The notes below the pieces were generated by a model. That model did no database searches, was not told the DNA's origin, and worked only from the letters and a program-made list of their open reading frames with translations. Shown here piece after piece: positions 19,427 through 29,713 of a stretch of 64,000 nt of DNA. The stretch comes from an uncultured Actinomycetes bacterium (GTDB taxonomy: Bacteria > Actinomycetota > Acidimicrobiia > IMCC26256 > DASPTH01), in the NCBI GenBank assembly GCA_963782705.1, contig CAWAKX010000015.1:10342-74341 (forward strand). Reading direction: 5' to 3'. Made by a program: the position numbers and the translations under genes. Every line of letters begins with the position of its first letter. Positions within the stretch are counted from its first letter, which is position 1.

Positions 19427-20938
19427 TCAGCCGCCTTCGAGCGCCACGATGGCGACCTCGCCCGCCAGCTCCTCGACGGGCACCTCCATCCCGAGCGTGG
19501 GTCCGTGTCGCCGTTCGACGAGCCACAGGTAGGTCGTCGGGATCAAGGCGAGCGCCGTCGCGCCGAGCAGCCACCAGGATGTCGTCGCGAACGCGTCGGC
19601 CTGCGCCGACGGCGACGATCCGGCGTCGGCCAGTTGGCTCGTGAGGATGGCGGCCAGGATGGCGGCACCCATCGAGCCACCGAGTCGCTGGATGATGTTC
19701 TGCTGCGGTGTGGCGTCGTGCACCTGGGCGGGGCGCAGCGTCCGGTAGGCCGCGGTCATCACCGGCATCCCGGCGAGCCCGAGCCCGAAGGCCTGGAGTG
19801 ACGTGAGCACGCTCGTCGTCACGTACGACGTGTCGGCCTGGACCATGACGAACGGGACCGTGGCCAGGAACGTGAGCAGCGATCCGGTCACCGCGGTGCG
19901 TCCGGCGCCGAACCGTTCCGTCAGGCGGCCGGCCATCAACATGGCGACCGCGGCCGCGAGGCCACGCGGGATCAGGAGCAGCGCGGTGTCGAGCGGATCC
20001 TCGAGCCGCACCACCTGGAAGTACAGCGGCAACAGGATCGTCGTGCCGACCATGACGACCCCGCCCACGAAGAACGTGTTCACCGACGACACGCTGAACA
20101 TCCGGTTGGCGTACAGGCGCATGTCGAGCAGGGGGTGTTCGACCCGGAGCGACCGGACGACGAAGGCGGCGACGAGCACCGAGCCGCCGACCAGGGAGAC
20201 CACGATCCAGGCCCGCGAGCCGCCGCCGCCGAGCTTCGCGAGCCCGTAGGTCACGCCGACCAGGCCGACCGCGACGAGGATCCATCCGAGGCGGTCGAGC
20301 GGACCGGCGTCCTCGCGCACGTCGGCGGGGAGCCACCGGCGCCCGAGCACCAGGGCCACGGCCCCGAACGGGATGCAGATGAAGAAGATCCACCGCCAGG
20401 TCAACGCGTCGAGGATCACGCCCCCGACCGTCGGTCCGCCGATCGAACCCACGAGCACCGCCGCACCCCAGACCCCCATGACGCGCGCCAGGTGGGCCGG
20501 CCCGGCCGCCTGCACCAGGAGCATCAGCCCGATCGGCAGCAGCATCCCGCCCCCGAGACCCTGCAGCGTGCGGAAGACGATCAACGCCGAGGCCGTGGGC
20601 GCCGTCCCGCACAGCACCGCGCCGGCCAGGTAGAGGACGATGGTGACGAGGAAGGTGCGCTTCGCGCCGAACCGGCGCGCCGTCCAGCCCGAGAGGGGGA
20701 CCACGGCCGCGGTGGCCAGGAGGTAGCCGCTCACGACCCACTGGACCCGGGTGAGCGGCGCGTCGAGGCTCTTCGACAAGGTGTCCAGCGCGATGTTCAA
20801 CGCGGTGCTGTCCAGCGAGGTGATCAACGTCCCGAGGACGACGACGACGCAGACCCGCCAGACGGCGCGGTCGATCTGCCCTCCGGGATCCATCGCGTGC
20901 TCGTGTCCCGACCCGACCTGGCCGCGGGGTCCGGTCAT
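19427..20938 (-). CDS. DHA2 (EmrB/QacA) MFS efflux transporter
   Basis: LDSTALNIAL, WVVSGYLLA, FRTLQGLGGG, PLLDMRLY; 14-TM pattern. Confidence 0.92.
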   Translation of the reverse strand: MTGPRGQVGSGHEHAMDPGGQIDRAVWRVCVVVVLGTLITSLDSTALNIALDTLSKSLDAPLTRVQWVVSGYLLATAAVVPLSGWTARRFGAKRTFLVTIVLYLAGAVLCGTAPTASALIVFRTLQGLGGGMLLPIGLMLLVQAAGPAHLARVMGVWGAAVLVGSIGGPTVGGVILDALTWRWIFFICIPFGAVALVLGRRWLPADVREDAGPLDRLGWILVAVGLVGVTYGLAKLGGGGSRAWIVVSLVGGSVLVAAFVVRSLRVEHPLLDMRLYANRMFSVSSVNTFFVGGVVMVGTTILLPLYFQVVRLEDPLDTALLLIPRGLAAAVAMLMAGRLTERFGAGRTAVTGSLLTFLATVPFVMVQADTSYVTTSVLTSLQAFGLGLAGMPVMTAAYRTLRPAQVHDATPQQNIIQRLGGSMGAAILAAILTSQLADAGSSPSAQADAFATTSWWLLGATALALIPTTYLWLVERRHGPTLGMEVPVEELAGEVAIVALEGG

Positions 20939-20999
20939 GCGGTCGATTCTGACCAGCCCGGGCCGTCACCGCAAAACGAGCAACCGCCTCGTGGAGGCC

Positions 21000-21822
21000 T
21001 CAGGGTGCTGTAGGTGCCCGGCCCGGTGGCGTGAACGTCCGGATCACCTCGCCGGCGAGCAGCATCGCGTGCACGGTGGTGGGATAGCCGAGGTAGGGCG
21101 CGAGCTGCAGGATCCCCTCGCCGATCTCCTCCGGGGTGAAGCCGAACGAGACGTTCGCTTGGAAGTGGCCGCGCAGCTCGACGTCCATCGTCAGCGCGAT
21201 CAGCGCCGCGGTGGTGGCGCGTTCGCGCTCCTCGTCGGAGAGGTGCGGCCGGCACCACAGGTCGCCGAAGGCGTTGTCGTGGATCCACCCCATCCCGCCG
21301 GAGATCGGCGAGAGGGGCGTGCGATCGGTGCCGCCCTCCACCTCGTACTCGCCCGCGTGCTCGTGGATCACGTCGCCCTGGTGCGGCTGCAGCTTGTTGA
21401 TGGTGATCCGGGCCCGGTCGTGACGGCCCTCCATCGGCGGCCACGAGTCGCCGTCGGGCAGCGGCTCGGACGCCGCCGCGTCGCCCTCCTGCTCGAACAC
21501 CGCGCGCAGCACCTGCATCGCCTCGAGCGCGCGACCCGCGCCGGCATACCCGGCGATCTGCATCACCACCTCGCAGATCTCGAGGCGGGTCATGCCGTTC
21601 ACCCGGGCGAGACGCACCTGCGTGCGCAGCTCGGTGGGGAGCACCAAGCGTGGCCAGGCCGGCGATCGTGATGATCGAGCGCTGCCGCGCCGGGAGCACG
21701 GGCCGGTCCCACACGTCGGCGATCGTGCGACCGACGAGCTCCTCCCAGTCGGCGCGGATCTCCTCGGGCACGAGGGCCGCGCTGCTGCGCAGGAGCTCCA
21801 TGGTCTTGTCGGGCACGGTCAC
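21000..21822 (-). CDS. Double-domain carboxymuconolactone decarboxylase (CMD) family protein (frameshift)
   Basis: ADVWDRPVLPARQRSIITIA; EICEVVMQIAGYAG; AFGDLWCRPHL; LQLAPYLGYP. Confidence 0.8.
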
Positions 21823-21873
21823 GGGAACCTCCGCGTCGGGATGGATGCTGCAGGAAAGGGTCCGGCTGGGCGG

Positions 21874-22663
21874 TCACGTGTAGTCGACGATGACCTGCTC
21901 GATGTACGCGTCCATGTCGTTCCCCTGGGCGCGCAGGTCGTCCGCGACCTCGGGCGTGGTGAGGATCAGGAACCGGCCGGCTTCCACCGCGTCGGCGACC
22001 TGCTCGCCCACCACGTCGGCCTCGACGACGGGGAAGTGCGGCGACACGGGCATGGTGGTCGGCGTGCCGTAGACGGTCACCGCCTCGGCGATGTTGGTCG
22101 GGACCTGCGCCGGGCAGAGGCACGACACGCCGATCCCCTTGGCTCGAAGGTGCACCGCCAGGCCCTTCGTGAGCCCGACGACCGCGTGCTTGGTGGTGAC
22201 GTAGGGGAGCCGGTCGTGCCCGTAGGGCAGCAGGCCACCGATGGACGCGGTGTTGACGATCCACCCGGACGCCCTGCTCGATGAGCAGCGGCAGGAACAC
22301 GAGGTTGCTGCGCACGATGCCGAGGATGTTGACGTCGACCTGGCGCTGCCACCCCTCGAACGGGATGTCCTCGACCGCCCCGAACACCGGGAGCCCGACG
22401 TTGTTCATGACCAGGTCGACGCGCCCGAAGCGATCGAGCGCGAGGTCGCGCGCGGCTTCGAGCTCGTCGATGCTCGTCACGTCGACCCGCAAGGCGACAG
22501 CCCGTTCGCCGATCTCGCCCGCCACCTTCTCGGCGCGCTCGGCATCGATGTCGGTGACGACCACGCGGGCACCGCGCTTCGCGAACGAACGCGCGCACGC
22601 CGCGCCGATGCCACTGCCGGCGCCGGTGACGATCGCCACCGAGTCGGAGAAGTCGAAGTTCAT
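21874..22663 (-). CDS. SDR oxidoreductase (frameshift)
   Basis: VTGAGSGIG, MNNVG, PYVTTKHA. Confidence 0.88.
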
Positions 22664-24015
22664 GCGTTGCTCCCGTTCGTGGCGGCGGGTTCGGCCGGCG
22701 TGAACTTGAACACGCGCTCGGCGTTGCCCCGCAGCACCTTCGTGCGCACCTCGTCGTCCAGCGCGAGCAGCGCATCGGCGGTTGCGTCGAGCGAGTGCGG
22801 CCAGCGGCTCGTGAAGTGCGGGAAGTCGGTCTCGATCATCACGTTGTCGACCCCGATGCGGTCGATGTTCTCCAGCCCCAGCGGGTCGTAGATGAAGCAG
22901 CCGTACATGTGCTCCCGGAAGACCTCGCTCGGCAGTGGCATCTGCTGCATCCGTTCGGCGCGCGCGTCGATCGCGGCCCGTGCCCGCTGCTGACCCTGCT
23001 CGTCGAGGATCGGGTTGTTCTCCGCGTCGGTCGGCGACGTGATGCGGTTGCGGGTGTAGCCGACGAGCACGTCGGCCTCCTGCAGGATCGACGGGATCCA
23101 GCCGATGCCGTTCTCCGACAGCGCGACCTTCAGGTTCGGGAAGCGGTCGAAGGTTCCGCTCGTGAGCCAGTCGATGAGGCACTCCTGGCCCGACAGCTGG
23201 ATCGCGGCGCCGATCGCCGGGTGCATCTCGCGCCGGCGGCCCGAACCCTCGACCGAGAACCCGATCGTCTTGCCGAAGTCCGCGCTCCCTCCGGGGCTCT
23301 CCATCTGCTTGTGCATGTTCTGCACCATCAACCCCGGGTCGGTCTCGAACCCCGTGCCGAGGTGGGTCGAGATCGGGAGCCCCGCCTCGTTCATGACCGA
23401 GAAGAGCGCATCCCAGTGCTCGTCGTGGATGGGCGGGAAGCCGACCTTGTGCGGCGCCATGCTGAACGACACCGAACACGCGCCGCGACCGATGGCTCGC
23501 TCGGCCTCCTGCGCCGCGAGCTCGCCGTCCCACATCGGGATCAGCGCCACCTCGATGATCCGGCCCGGGATGGCCGCCGCGAACTCGTCGATGATCCAGT
23601 CGTTGTAGGCCTGGATGCACAGGAGCGCGAGCTCCTTGTCCTTCAGGTTCTGGAAGACCCGACCCGCGAACCCGGGAAGGTTCGGGAACGGCAGGCTGGC
23701 GAGCACGTGGTCGAGGTCCATCGCCTCCGCGCGGGCGATCGGATCCCAGCACGAGGCCGGGATCTCGTCCCATGCCATCGGCCGGAACGTCGCCGGCTTC
23801 TCACCGGCCGGATACGCGGCCGCGACGACCGTTCCGTTGACGACCACGCGCACCTCGTCGTCGATGTGCCAGGCCTCACCCTGGTCGTCGGCCACCCACC
23901 GCGGTCCCCGGTCGCGGAACCGGGCCGGCAACCGGTCGACCCACACGCTCGGGGGCTCGATCAAGTGGTCGTCGACCGAGATCATCCACCAGTCGTCCGG
24001 TGCGGTCGTCGTCAT
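22660..24015 (-). CDS. Amidohydrolase (Amidohydro_2)
   Basis: ISVDDHLIEPP, QAYNDWI, LSENGIGWIP, MIETDFPH. Confidence 0.9.
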   Translation of the reverse strand: MTTTAPDDWWMISVDDHLIEPPSVWVDRLPARFRDRGPRWVADDQGEAWHIDDEVRVVVNGTVVAAAYPAGEKPATFRPMAWDEIPASCWDPIARAEAMDLDHVLASLPFPNLPGFAGRVFQNLKDKELALLCIQAYNDWIIDEFAAAIPGRIIEVALIPMWDGELAAQEAERAIGRGACSVSFSMAPHKVGFPPIHDEHWDALFSVMNEAGLPISTHLGTGFETDPGLMVQNMHKQMESPGGSADFGKTIGFSVEGSGRRREMHPAIGAAIQLSGQECLIDWLTSGTFDRFPNLKVALSENGIGWIPSILQEADVLVGYTRNRITSPTDAENNPILDEQGQQRARAAIDARAERMQQMPLPSEVFREHMYGCFIYDPLGLENIDRIGVDNVMIETDFPHFTSRWPHSLDATADALLALDDEVRTKVLRGNAERVFKFTPAEPAATNGSNA

Positions 24016-24195
24016 CGCTCCCCCTGGTTCCGGCGCCGGCCGGCCGGCCGTGCGCTCGATGTCCTCGATCAGCTGCCACACGCTCGCACGGTTGGGGCGC
24101 GCTCGACAAACGAGCACGGCGCTCGACCCCGATCCGACGCCGTGCGTAGCATCGAGTGCGGCCGCCGACGTTCGAGGACAGGCCGAGGAGGGGTC

Positions 24196-24582
24196 ATGGA
24201 CCGGACGCCGGAGACGATCGTGCGGGAGTTCTTCGCCTCCTGGGCGGAGATGGACCCCGACGAGCACGCCAGCTTCTTCGCCGACCACAGCGTCTACGTC
24301 GACGGCACGTTGCGCTACCTCGAAGGGCGCGAGGCGATCCGGGAGGCGGCGGCGACCTTCCCGAAGCACCGGGTCGACGTCAGGAAGCTGCTCGTGGCCG
24401 ACGGCGTGGTGATGGTCGAACGGGTCGACAACTTCGAGTTGGAAGGGCAGTGGTTCCACCTCGACGTCGCCGGCGTGTTCGAGCTCGACGACGACGGCCG
24501 CATCACCCGGTGGCGCGACTACTACGACCTGAAGTCGATCTCCGACCAGGTCGCGGCCGCCGGGATCACGACGTCGGCGTAG
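24196..24582 (+). CDS. Limonene-1,2-epoxide hydrolase-like NTF2/SnoaL protein
   Basis: VMVERVDNF, VAGVFEL..GRITRWRDYYD. Confidence 0.85.
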   Translation: MDRTPETIVREFFASWAEMDPDEHASFFADHSVYVDGTLRYLEGREAIREAAATFPKHRVDVRKLLVADGVVMVERVDNFELEGQWFHLDVAGVFELDDDGRITRWRDYYDLKSISDQVAAAGITTSA

Positions 24583-24611
24583 CCGCGCGCGCCGGCACGA
24601 GGGGGAGTGCG

Positions 24612-25401
24612 ATGACGCGGATGATCGACGAGCAGGAGAGGGACGACGCCCTGCGCCAACTCGACGACGTCGGCTACTGCGTGGTGCCCGACGTGCTCGA
24701 CGCCGACGAGGTCGCCGCCGCGCGCGACGCGCTCGATCGCGCCGCGGAGGAGGACATCGCCGCGGGGCGCGCGGCCATCTACGGACCCGACGGCGCGAAC
24801 CAGCGCGTGTGGGCGCTGCTGAACCGCGGCGAGGAGTTCGTGCACATGGCCCTCGCTCCGGTCGCGCTCGGGTTCGTGCGCGCCACGCTCGGCGACGACT
24901 TCATCCTCAGCAACCTCTGCTCCAACACCACCGGGCCCGGCGGCGACCGCGAGATCGGCCGGCTCCACACCGACCAGGGCTTCCTCCCCGAACCTTCCGC
25001 GCAACTCCTGGTGCTGAACGTCGCGTGGTTCCTCGACGACTTCACCGAGGAGAACGGCGCGACGGTCGTGGTGCCCGGGAGTCACCGGCTCGTGGAGTAC
25101 CCGCCCCACGACCTCGAACCGACGGCGCCGGCACAGCTGCTCGGGCGCGCCGGTTCGCTCGCGCTCATCGACGGTCGGCTGCACCACGCGACCGGGCTGA
25201 ACCGCACCCGCGACCAGAAGCGGCGCGCGGTGTTGGCGGCGTACTACCTGCCGTACCTCCGCGGCCAGGAGAACTGGACGCTGTCGCTGGACCCCGACGT
25301 GCTGCGCGCGCACCCCGAGCTCGCGGCGCATGTGCGGGTTCGAGGAGTGGGCCACACTGGGCGGCGTGCACGGCCCGCGCACGTCGTCGCTCAACTTCTG
25401 A
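24612..25401 (+). CDS. Phytanoyl-CoA dioxygenase family Fe(II)/2OG oxygenase
   Basis: LHTDQ, LDDFTEENGATVVVPGSH, LHHATGLN; frameshift near 3' end. Confidence 0.88.
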
Positions 25402-25532
25402 CCGGCAGCGAATCCCATCGCGACGCGACCGCATGCTGACGACATGGTCGACGTGACCGACCCGAACGGTGTTCCCGAGCGGCGGAGATCGAAGACCCCG
25501 GGTCGACCGAGGGCCTGTCCCGCAACGTCTAC

Positions 25533-26699
25533 GTGGTGTCGCTGGTGTCCTTCTTCCAGGACACGGCCTCCGAGCTGCTCTACCCGGTGCTCCCGTTCTT
25601 CGTGACCGGGGTCCTCGGCGCACCGCCGGCGGTGCTCGGCGCGATCGAGGGTCTCGCGGACGGCATCGCGTCGGCGATGAAGGCGGTGTCGGGGCGACTG
25701 GCCGACCTCCGCCACCGCCGGCCGTTGGTGGCCGGCGGCTACGGCATCTCCGCGGCCGGCAAGGTCATGCTCGCCGCCGCGGGCGCGTGGCCGATGGTGA
25801 TGCTCGCCCGCGCGACGGACCGCGTCGGGAAGGGCCTGCGGGGGCCGCCCCGCGACGCGATCATCGCCGACGAGACCACGCCGGCGAATCGTGGACGGGC
25901 ATTCGGGTTCCACCGCGCGGCCGACACCGCGGGCGCGGTGGTGGGTCCCCTCATCGGCCTCGCGCTCTACGAGGCCGTCGGTGGACGGTTCCGCCCGCTG
26001 CTGTGGATCGCGGTCATCCCCGCGGTGATCAGCGTCGCGCTCGTCTTCGCGATTCGCGAACGCCCGCATCCGGGACTGCACACCCGCCAACCGTGGGTGG
26101 TGCGCGGCCTGCCGCGCCGGTATTGGCGCGTCGTCACCATCACCGGCCTGTTCGCGCTGGTGAACTTCCCCGACACGTTGCTCCTCCTGCGCGCCGACAG
26201 CCTGGGCTTCGGCTTCAGCGGCGTCGTCGGCTTGTACGTGCTCTACAACCTCTCGTACGCCGCGCTCTCGTATCCCGCCGGTGTCGTGTCGGACCGGCTC
26301 GATCGCCGACTGGTCTACGGGATCGGCATGGTCGTGTTCGCGGTGAGCTACCTCGCGTTCGGGCTCGTCTCGTCGCCCGCGTGGCTGTGGGTGATCTTCC
26401 CGGTCTACGGCGCCTACACCGCGCTCACCGACGGTGTGAGCCGCGCCTGGATCGCCGACATCGTCCCGGGCGCGCAACGCGGTACGGCGCTCGGGGTCCA
26501 GTCCGCGGTGTCGGGATTCGGGCTGCTCGTCGCCGGCACCTGGGCCGGTCTCGCCTGGCACGGGACCGGGCACGTGCCGTTCGTGATCTCCGCGGTCGTG
26601 GTCTTCGTCCTCGCCGGAGTGGTCCTGGCCAGCCGGTCGCTCGGTACCGACGGCACGGACCGCGCCCGGGCGGGGGACGGTCAGAAGTCGGTGCGGTAG
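25533..26699 (+). CDS. MFS transporter (true start probably slightly upstream)
   Basis: SFFQDTASELLYP, DRVGKGLRGPPRDAIIAD, FGFHRAADTAGA. Confidence 0.9.
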   Translation: MVSLVSFFQDTASELLYPVLPFFVTGVLGAPPAVLGAIEGLADGIASAMKAVSGRLADLRHRRPLVAGGYGISAAGKVMLAAAGAWPMVMLARATDRVGKGLRGPPRDAIIADETTPANRGRAFGFHRAADTAGAVVGPLIGLALYEAVGGRFRPLLWIAVIPAVISVALVFAIRERPHPGLHTRQPWVVRGLPRRYWRVVTITGLFALVNFPDTLLLLRADSLGFGFSGVVGLYVLYNLSYAALSYPAGVVSDRLDRRLVYGIGMVVFAVSYLAFGLVSSPAWLWVIFPVYGAYTALTDGVSRAWIADIVPGAQRGTALGVQSAVSGFGLLVAGTWAGLAWHGTGHVPFVISAVVVFVLAGVVLASRSLGTDGTDRARAGDGQKSVR

Positions 26700-27010
26700 A
26701 GCTCGTCGAAGTGGTGGTACTCGGGAGCGTCGCGCACGAGCGCGAGGAGCCGGGCCGCCCAGGCCTGGGTCTCGGGCCGCTCGTTGTTGCGGTTCGCCTC
26801 GTCGGCCGCCGGCACGTCGGGGTCGACCACGCCGAAGTCGGCGACGATCACGTAGTTGCCGGGGTGCTCGCGGTCGGCCAGGAGGCGGGTCCCCATGTAC
26901 CCCATGATGTCGGTCGAGGCCTGCTCGACGTCCCACTCCTCGAGCAGCGCCACGATCGGCGCCGGGTCGTCGCAGCGCACGGTGATCGTCTGGGTGAAGT
27001 TCTGGTTCAC
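26681..27010 (-). CDS. Small hypothetical protein, possible dimeric alpha-beta barrel (ABM-like)
   Basis: RLLADREHPGNYVIVADF..EANRNNERPETQAWA; start overlaps upstream stop. Confidence 0.6.
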   Translation of the reverse strand: MNQNFTQTITVRCDDPAPIVALLEEWDVEQASTDIMGYMGTRLLADREHPGNYVIVADFGVVDPDVPAADEANRNNERPETQAWAARLLALVRDAPEYHHFDELYRTDF

Positions 27011-28098
27011 GGTGCCTCTCCTCGGCGTTGCGTCACGAACTGCTGCTGGGACTCCGACATGCCCGCCAGGTCGAAGAGCCCGACCGACCCGCAGTCGACC
27101 GCGTCGTCGGCCTTCGGCGTGACCCCGAGCATCTCGCGTACGTCGGCGACGGGCCGGGCTGCGAGGGCGTAGTAGTCGACCTCGAACAGGTCGACGCCGG
27201 AGGTCAGGCACACGGCCTTGCCCCGTCGGATCGCGTCGGCGACGCGGTGGCTCATCCCGGGCGCCTGGATGACGGGCTCGCGGACGTCGCGGTCGAAGAA
27301 CCCGGTGGTACGGATGTAGCCGGTCTCGAAGAGGCCGGTCAGCGTGGCCAGCCACGCGAAGCCCTTCGGGTCGGGGTCGGCGCGGCCGATGAAGGCGAAG
27401 ACCTCCAGCTCGCCCTTGAGGTTCGTGCCGTAGTCGGCGAGCACGTGCACGAAGTCGTGCTGCGCGAGGTACGCGGGCGCGCCGCCGGGCGCGCCGGGGA
27501 GCTCGAAGCCGCGGCCGTCGTACATCTCCCACGCCGAACGGCCCAGCGACCCGGTGGGCAGGTCCGCGAAGCCGACCCACCTCGCGGTGAGCTCCGGATC
27601 GATCGCCGCGGGGACGAAGGGATCGGGGCCGGCTCTGCCTGCCTGCACCCCGCCACCGGCTTGCTCGACGTGTTCGACGAAGCCGTTGCGCTGGAGGTCC
27701 TTCCACGCGAGTCCGTAGGCCCCTTGGGCGTAGCGGCGAGCGACGCGCACGAACTTGTCCTGCACCCCGAGGGCCTCCGCGTACTTCGCGACGCGATGGG
27801 CGACCACGGTGGGGATCGGCCGCAACACGAGCTCGCCCAGCACCATGTGGTGCACGATCCGCTGGCGAAACTCCAGGTCGCGGGCGGTCAGCACGGCGGC
27901 GAGCTGGTCGGGTCCCAACGGCTCCAGCGCGCGGTAGTCGACCGTCACCCCGGTGAGCGCGAACGCGATCGCCCCGAGCAGATCGGCTTGCACTCCGAGG
28001 AGCCCGCCGTCGGGCGCGACGGCCGTCGCGATGCCGCGGGCGATCAGGATCACCTCTTCGACATCGTGAGGTTCGACATCGTGAGCTTCGACGTCCAC
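27007..28098 (-). CDS. Coq4-like metal-binding protein with extra N-terminal helical domain
   Basis: LPTGSLGR and HDFVHVLADYGTNLKGE (HDxxH-x11-E Coq4 motif). Confidence 0.7.
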   Translation of the reverse strand: MDVEAHDVEPHDVEEVILIARGIATAVAPDGGLLGVQADLLGAIAFALTGVTVDYRALEPLGPDQLAAVLTARDLEFRQRIVHHMVLGELVLRPIPTVVAHRVAKYAEALGVQDKFVRVARRYAQGAYGLAWKDLQRNGFVEHVEQAGGGVQAGRAGPDPFVPAAIDPELTARWVGFADLPTGSLGRSAWEMYDGRGFELPGAPGGAPAYLAQHDFVHVLADYGTNLKGELEVFAFIGRADPDPKGFAWLATLTGLFETGYIRTTGFFDRDVREPVIQAPGMSHRVADAIRRGKAVCLTSGVDLFEVDYYALAARPVADVREMLGVTPKADDAVDCGSVGLFDLAGMSESQQQFVTQRRGEAP

Positions 28099-28130
28099 GC
28101 AAGGGCCTTCCGGTCGTGGCGCGCCCGATG

Positions 28131-28697
28131 CTACGACCGTCGTCCGAACAGCGCGAGCAGTCGCGTCTGCGGGTCGGCGTCGTCGGGCACCGGTACCGGC
28201 GGAGCGAACATCCCCGACTCCTGGAGCTGCTCGGCGAAGGGGAGCGTCCGCTCGTAGACCAGCGCGACGAGCTCGGGATCGAGGGTGTCGTCGGCGCCGA
28301 TGCCCCGGGCCAGGTCCCAGGAGTGGATCAAGGCGTCGGTGGCCATCTCCCAGCAGTAGTCGCTCGTCGCCCGCGGGCCGCTCGACAGCGACACGGTGCC
28401 CGTGATGGCGCCCGGCGCGCCGAACGACGACCGGGAGGCGGCCACCGCGGCGTCCCACGCCGCGACCGGGTCGTCGCCGAGCTGATCGCCGTCGAGCCGG
28501 TCGCCGACGTCCGCCACGCTCCGTCCTTCGACGAGCGGAGGCACCCAGAGCTGCTCGACGGTCACGTGGTTCACGAGGTCGCGCACGTCCCAGTCCGTGC
28601 ACGGCGTCGCGTCGTGCCACTGCTCGACGCCGATCGCATGGACGCACCGCGCGAATCCGTCGGCTGCACGTTGGAACAGACCCAGGACATCCGTCAC
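28131..28697 (-). CDS. TIGR03086 family (DinB/MDMPI superfamily) metal-binding protein
   Basis: TPCTDWDVRDLVNH, DALIHSWDLARG, RLLALFGR. Confidence 0.9.
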   Translation of the reverse strand: MTDVLGLFQRAADGFARCVHAIGVEQWHDATPCTDWDVRDLVNHVTVEQLWVPPLVEGRSVADVGDRLDGDQLGDDPVAAWDAAVAASRSSFGAPGAITGTVSLSSGPRATSDYCWEMATDALIHSWDLARGIGADDTLDPELVALVYERTLPFAEQLQESGMFAPPVPVPDDADPQTRLLALFGRRS

Positions 28698-28734
28698 GAC
28701 ACTGCCTCCTGCTCGAACGAGCTCACGGTCACCG

Positions 28735-29650
28735 TCAGTCGATGGGCGGCGTGGCGCCTTCGGCGCTCGCGGCCAACGGCAGGTCCCACCCGCAGGAGTC
28801 GCACGAGTGCCGGATGACGAAGCGCCCGAACTCGACCGCGGCGGCGTGCGGGTCGGCCTCGCGCGCGGACGTCGTCCCAGTCGAGGAGGTACTCACCCAG
28901 CTCGGGGTTCCAGCGTGCCGCCGCGGGCGACGCGGTCGCGGCGTCGAATCCCGGGGGCGCGGGGAGCGCGTACCCGTAGAACGCGGGCCGCGGGTAGCGG
29001 GCGTCGCCGGGCCACCACCCGACCGCGATCTCCTCCGCGTTCGCCGAGTTGCGGGTGATGAAACCCTGCGACGGCGGGTCGACCGCGCGCCCCGAGAACA
29101 GGCTCACCGCGAGGTCGAAGCTCCCCCACCACGCGTTCACCGGCGTGGACCGCCCCCGGAAGGGGGCCCGCAGCTCGGCGAGCACCAGCGCGGCCTGGGT
29201 GGCGGCGGCGAAGTACGCCTCGACGTGGGCGGGTTCGTAGGTGGCGTGCTCCTCGTCCTCGTCGAGCGGCACGGTCCACGGCACTTCTTGCGGGGTCGGG
29301 TTGATGTCGACGGGCCCGACGAGCTCGCGGATGCCCGTGAGGAGCTCCCGGGTGACGTCGCCCACCGATCGATGCGGCCCCAGCGGAACCCGACGCGTGC
29401 TCCCGTCGGAGTGTTCGGCGACCGCGTGATGGGTGTGGAGATCCAGCGCCACGACGAGCGCGCCGGAGCGGTCGGGCGCGGGCAGCGGATTCGTCTCCCA
29501 ACCGCGCGCGGAGAGGCGCAGCGCCGCGTGCTGGAGCTGCGGCTCGGGCGGCGCGAGCGCCACGCAGAGCTTGCCGAGCACCTGCGTGTGCGCGTGCAGG
29601 GTGTCGCACGTGTCGTGCCACGCTTCGAAGGGGATCGCCGGCCACGACAC
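28735..29650 (-). CDS. DUF5996 family protein (frameshift near 3' end)
   Basis: TLHAHTQVLGK, WWGSFDLAVSLFSGR, GWWPGD..RPAFYGY, GEYLLDWDDVR. Confidence 0.8.
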
Positions 29651-29713
29651 GCTGTCAAGCGTACGTCGGCGCGGTGGGCCGCGCATTCCCGCCGCGTCGG
29701 CACTCGTCGGGGA

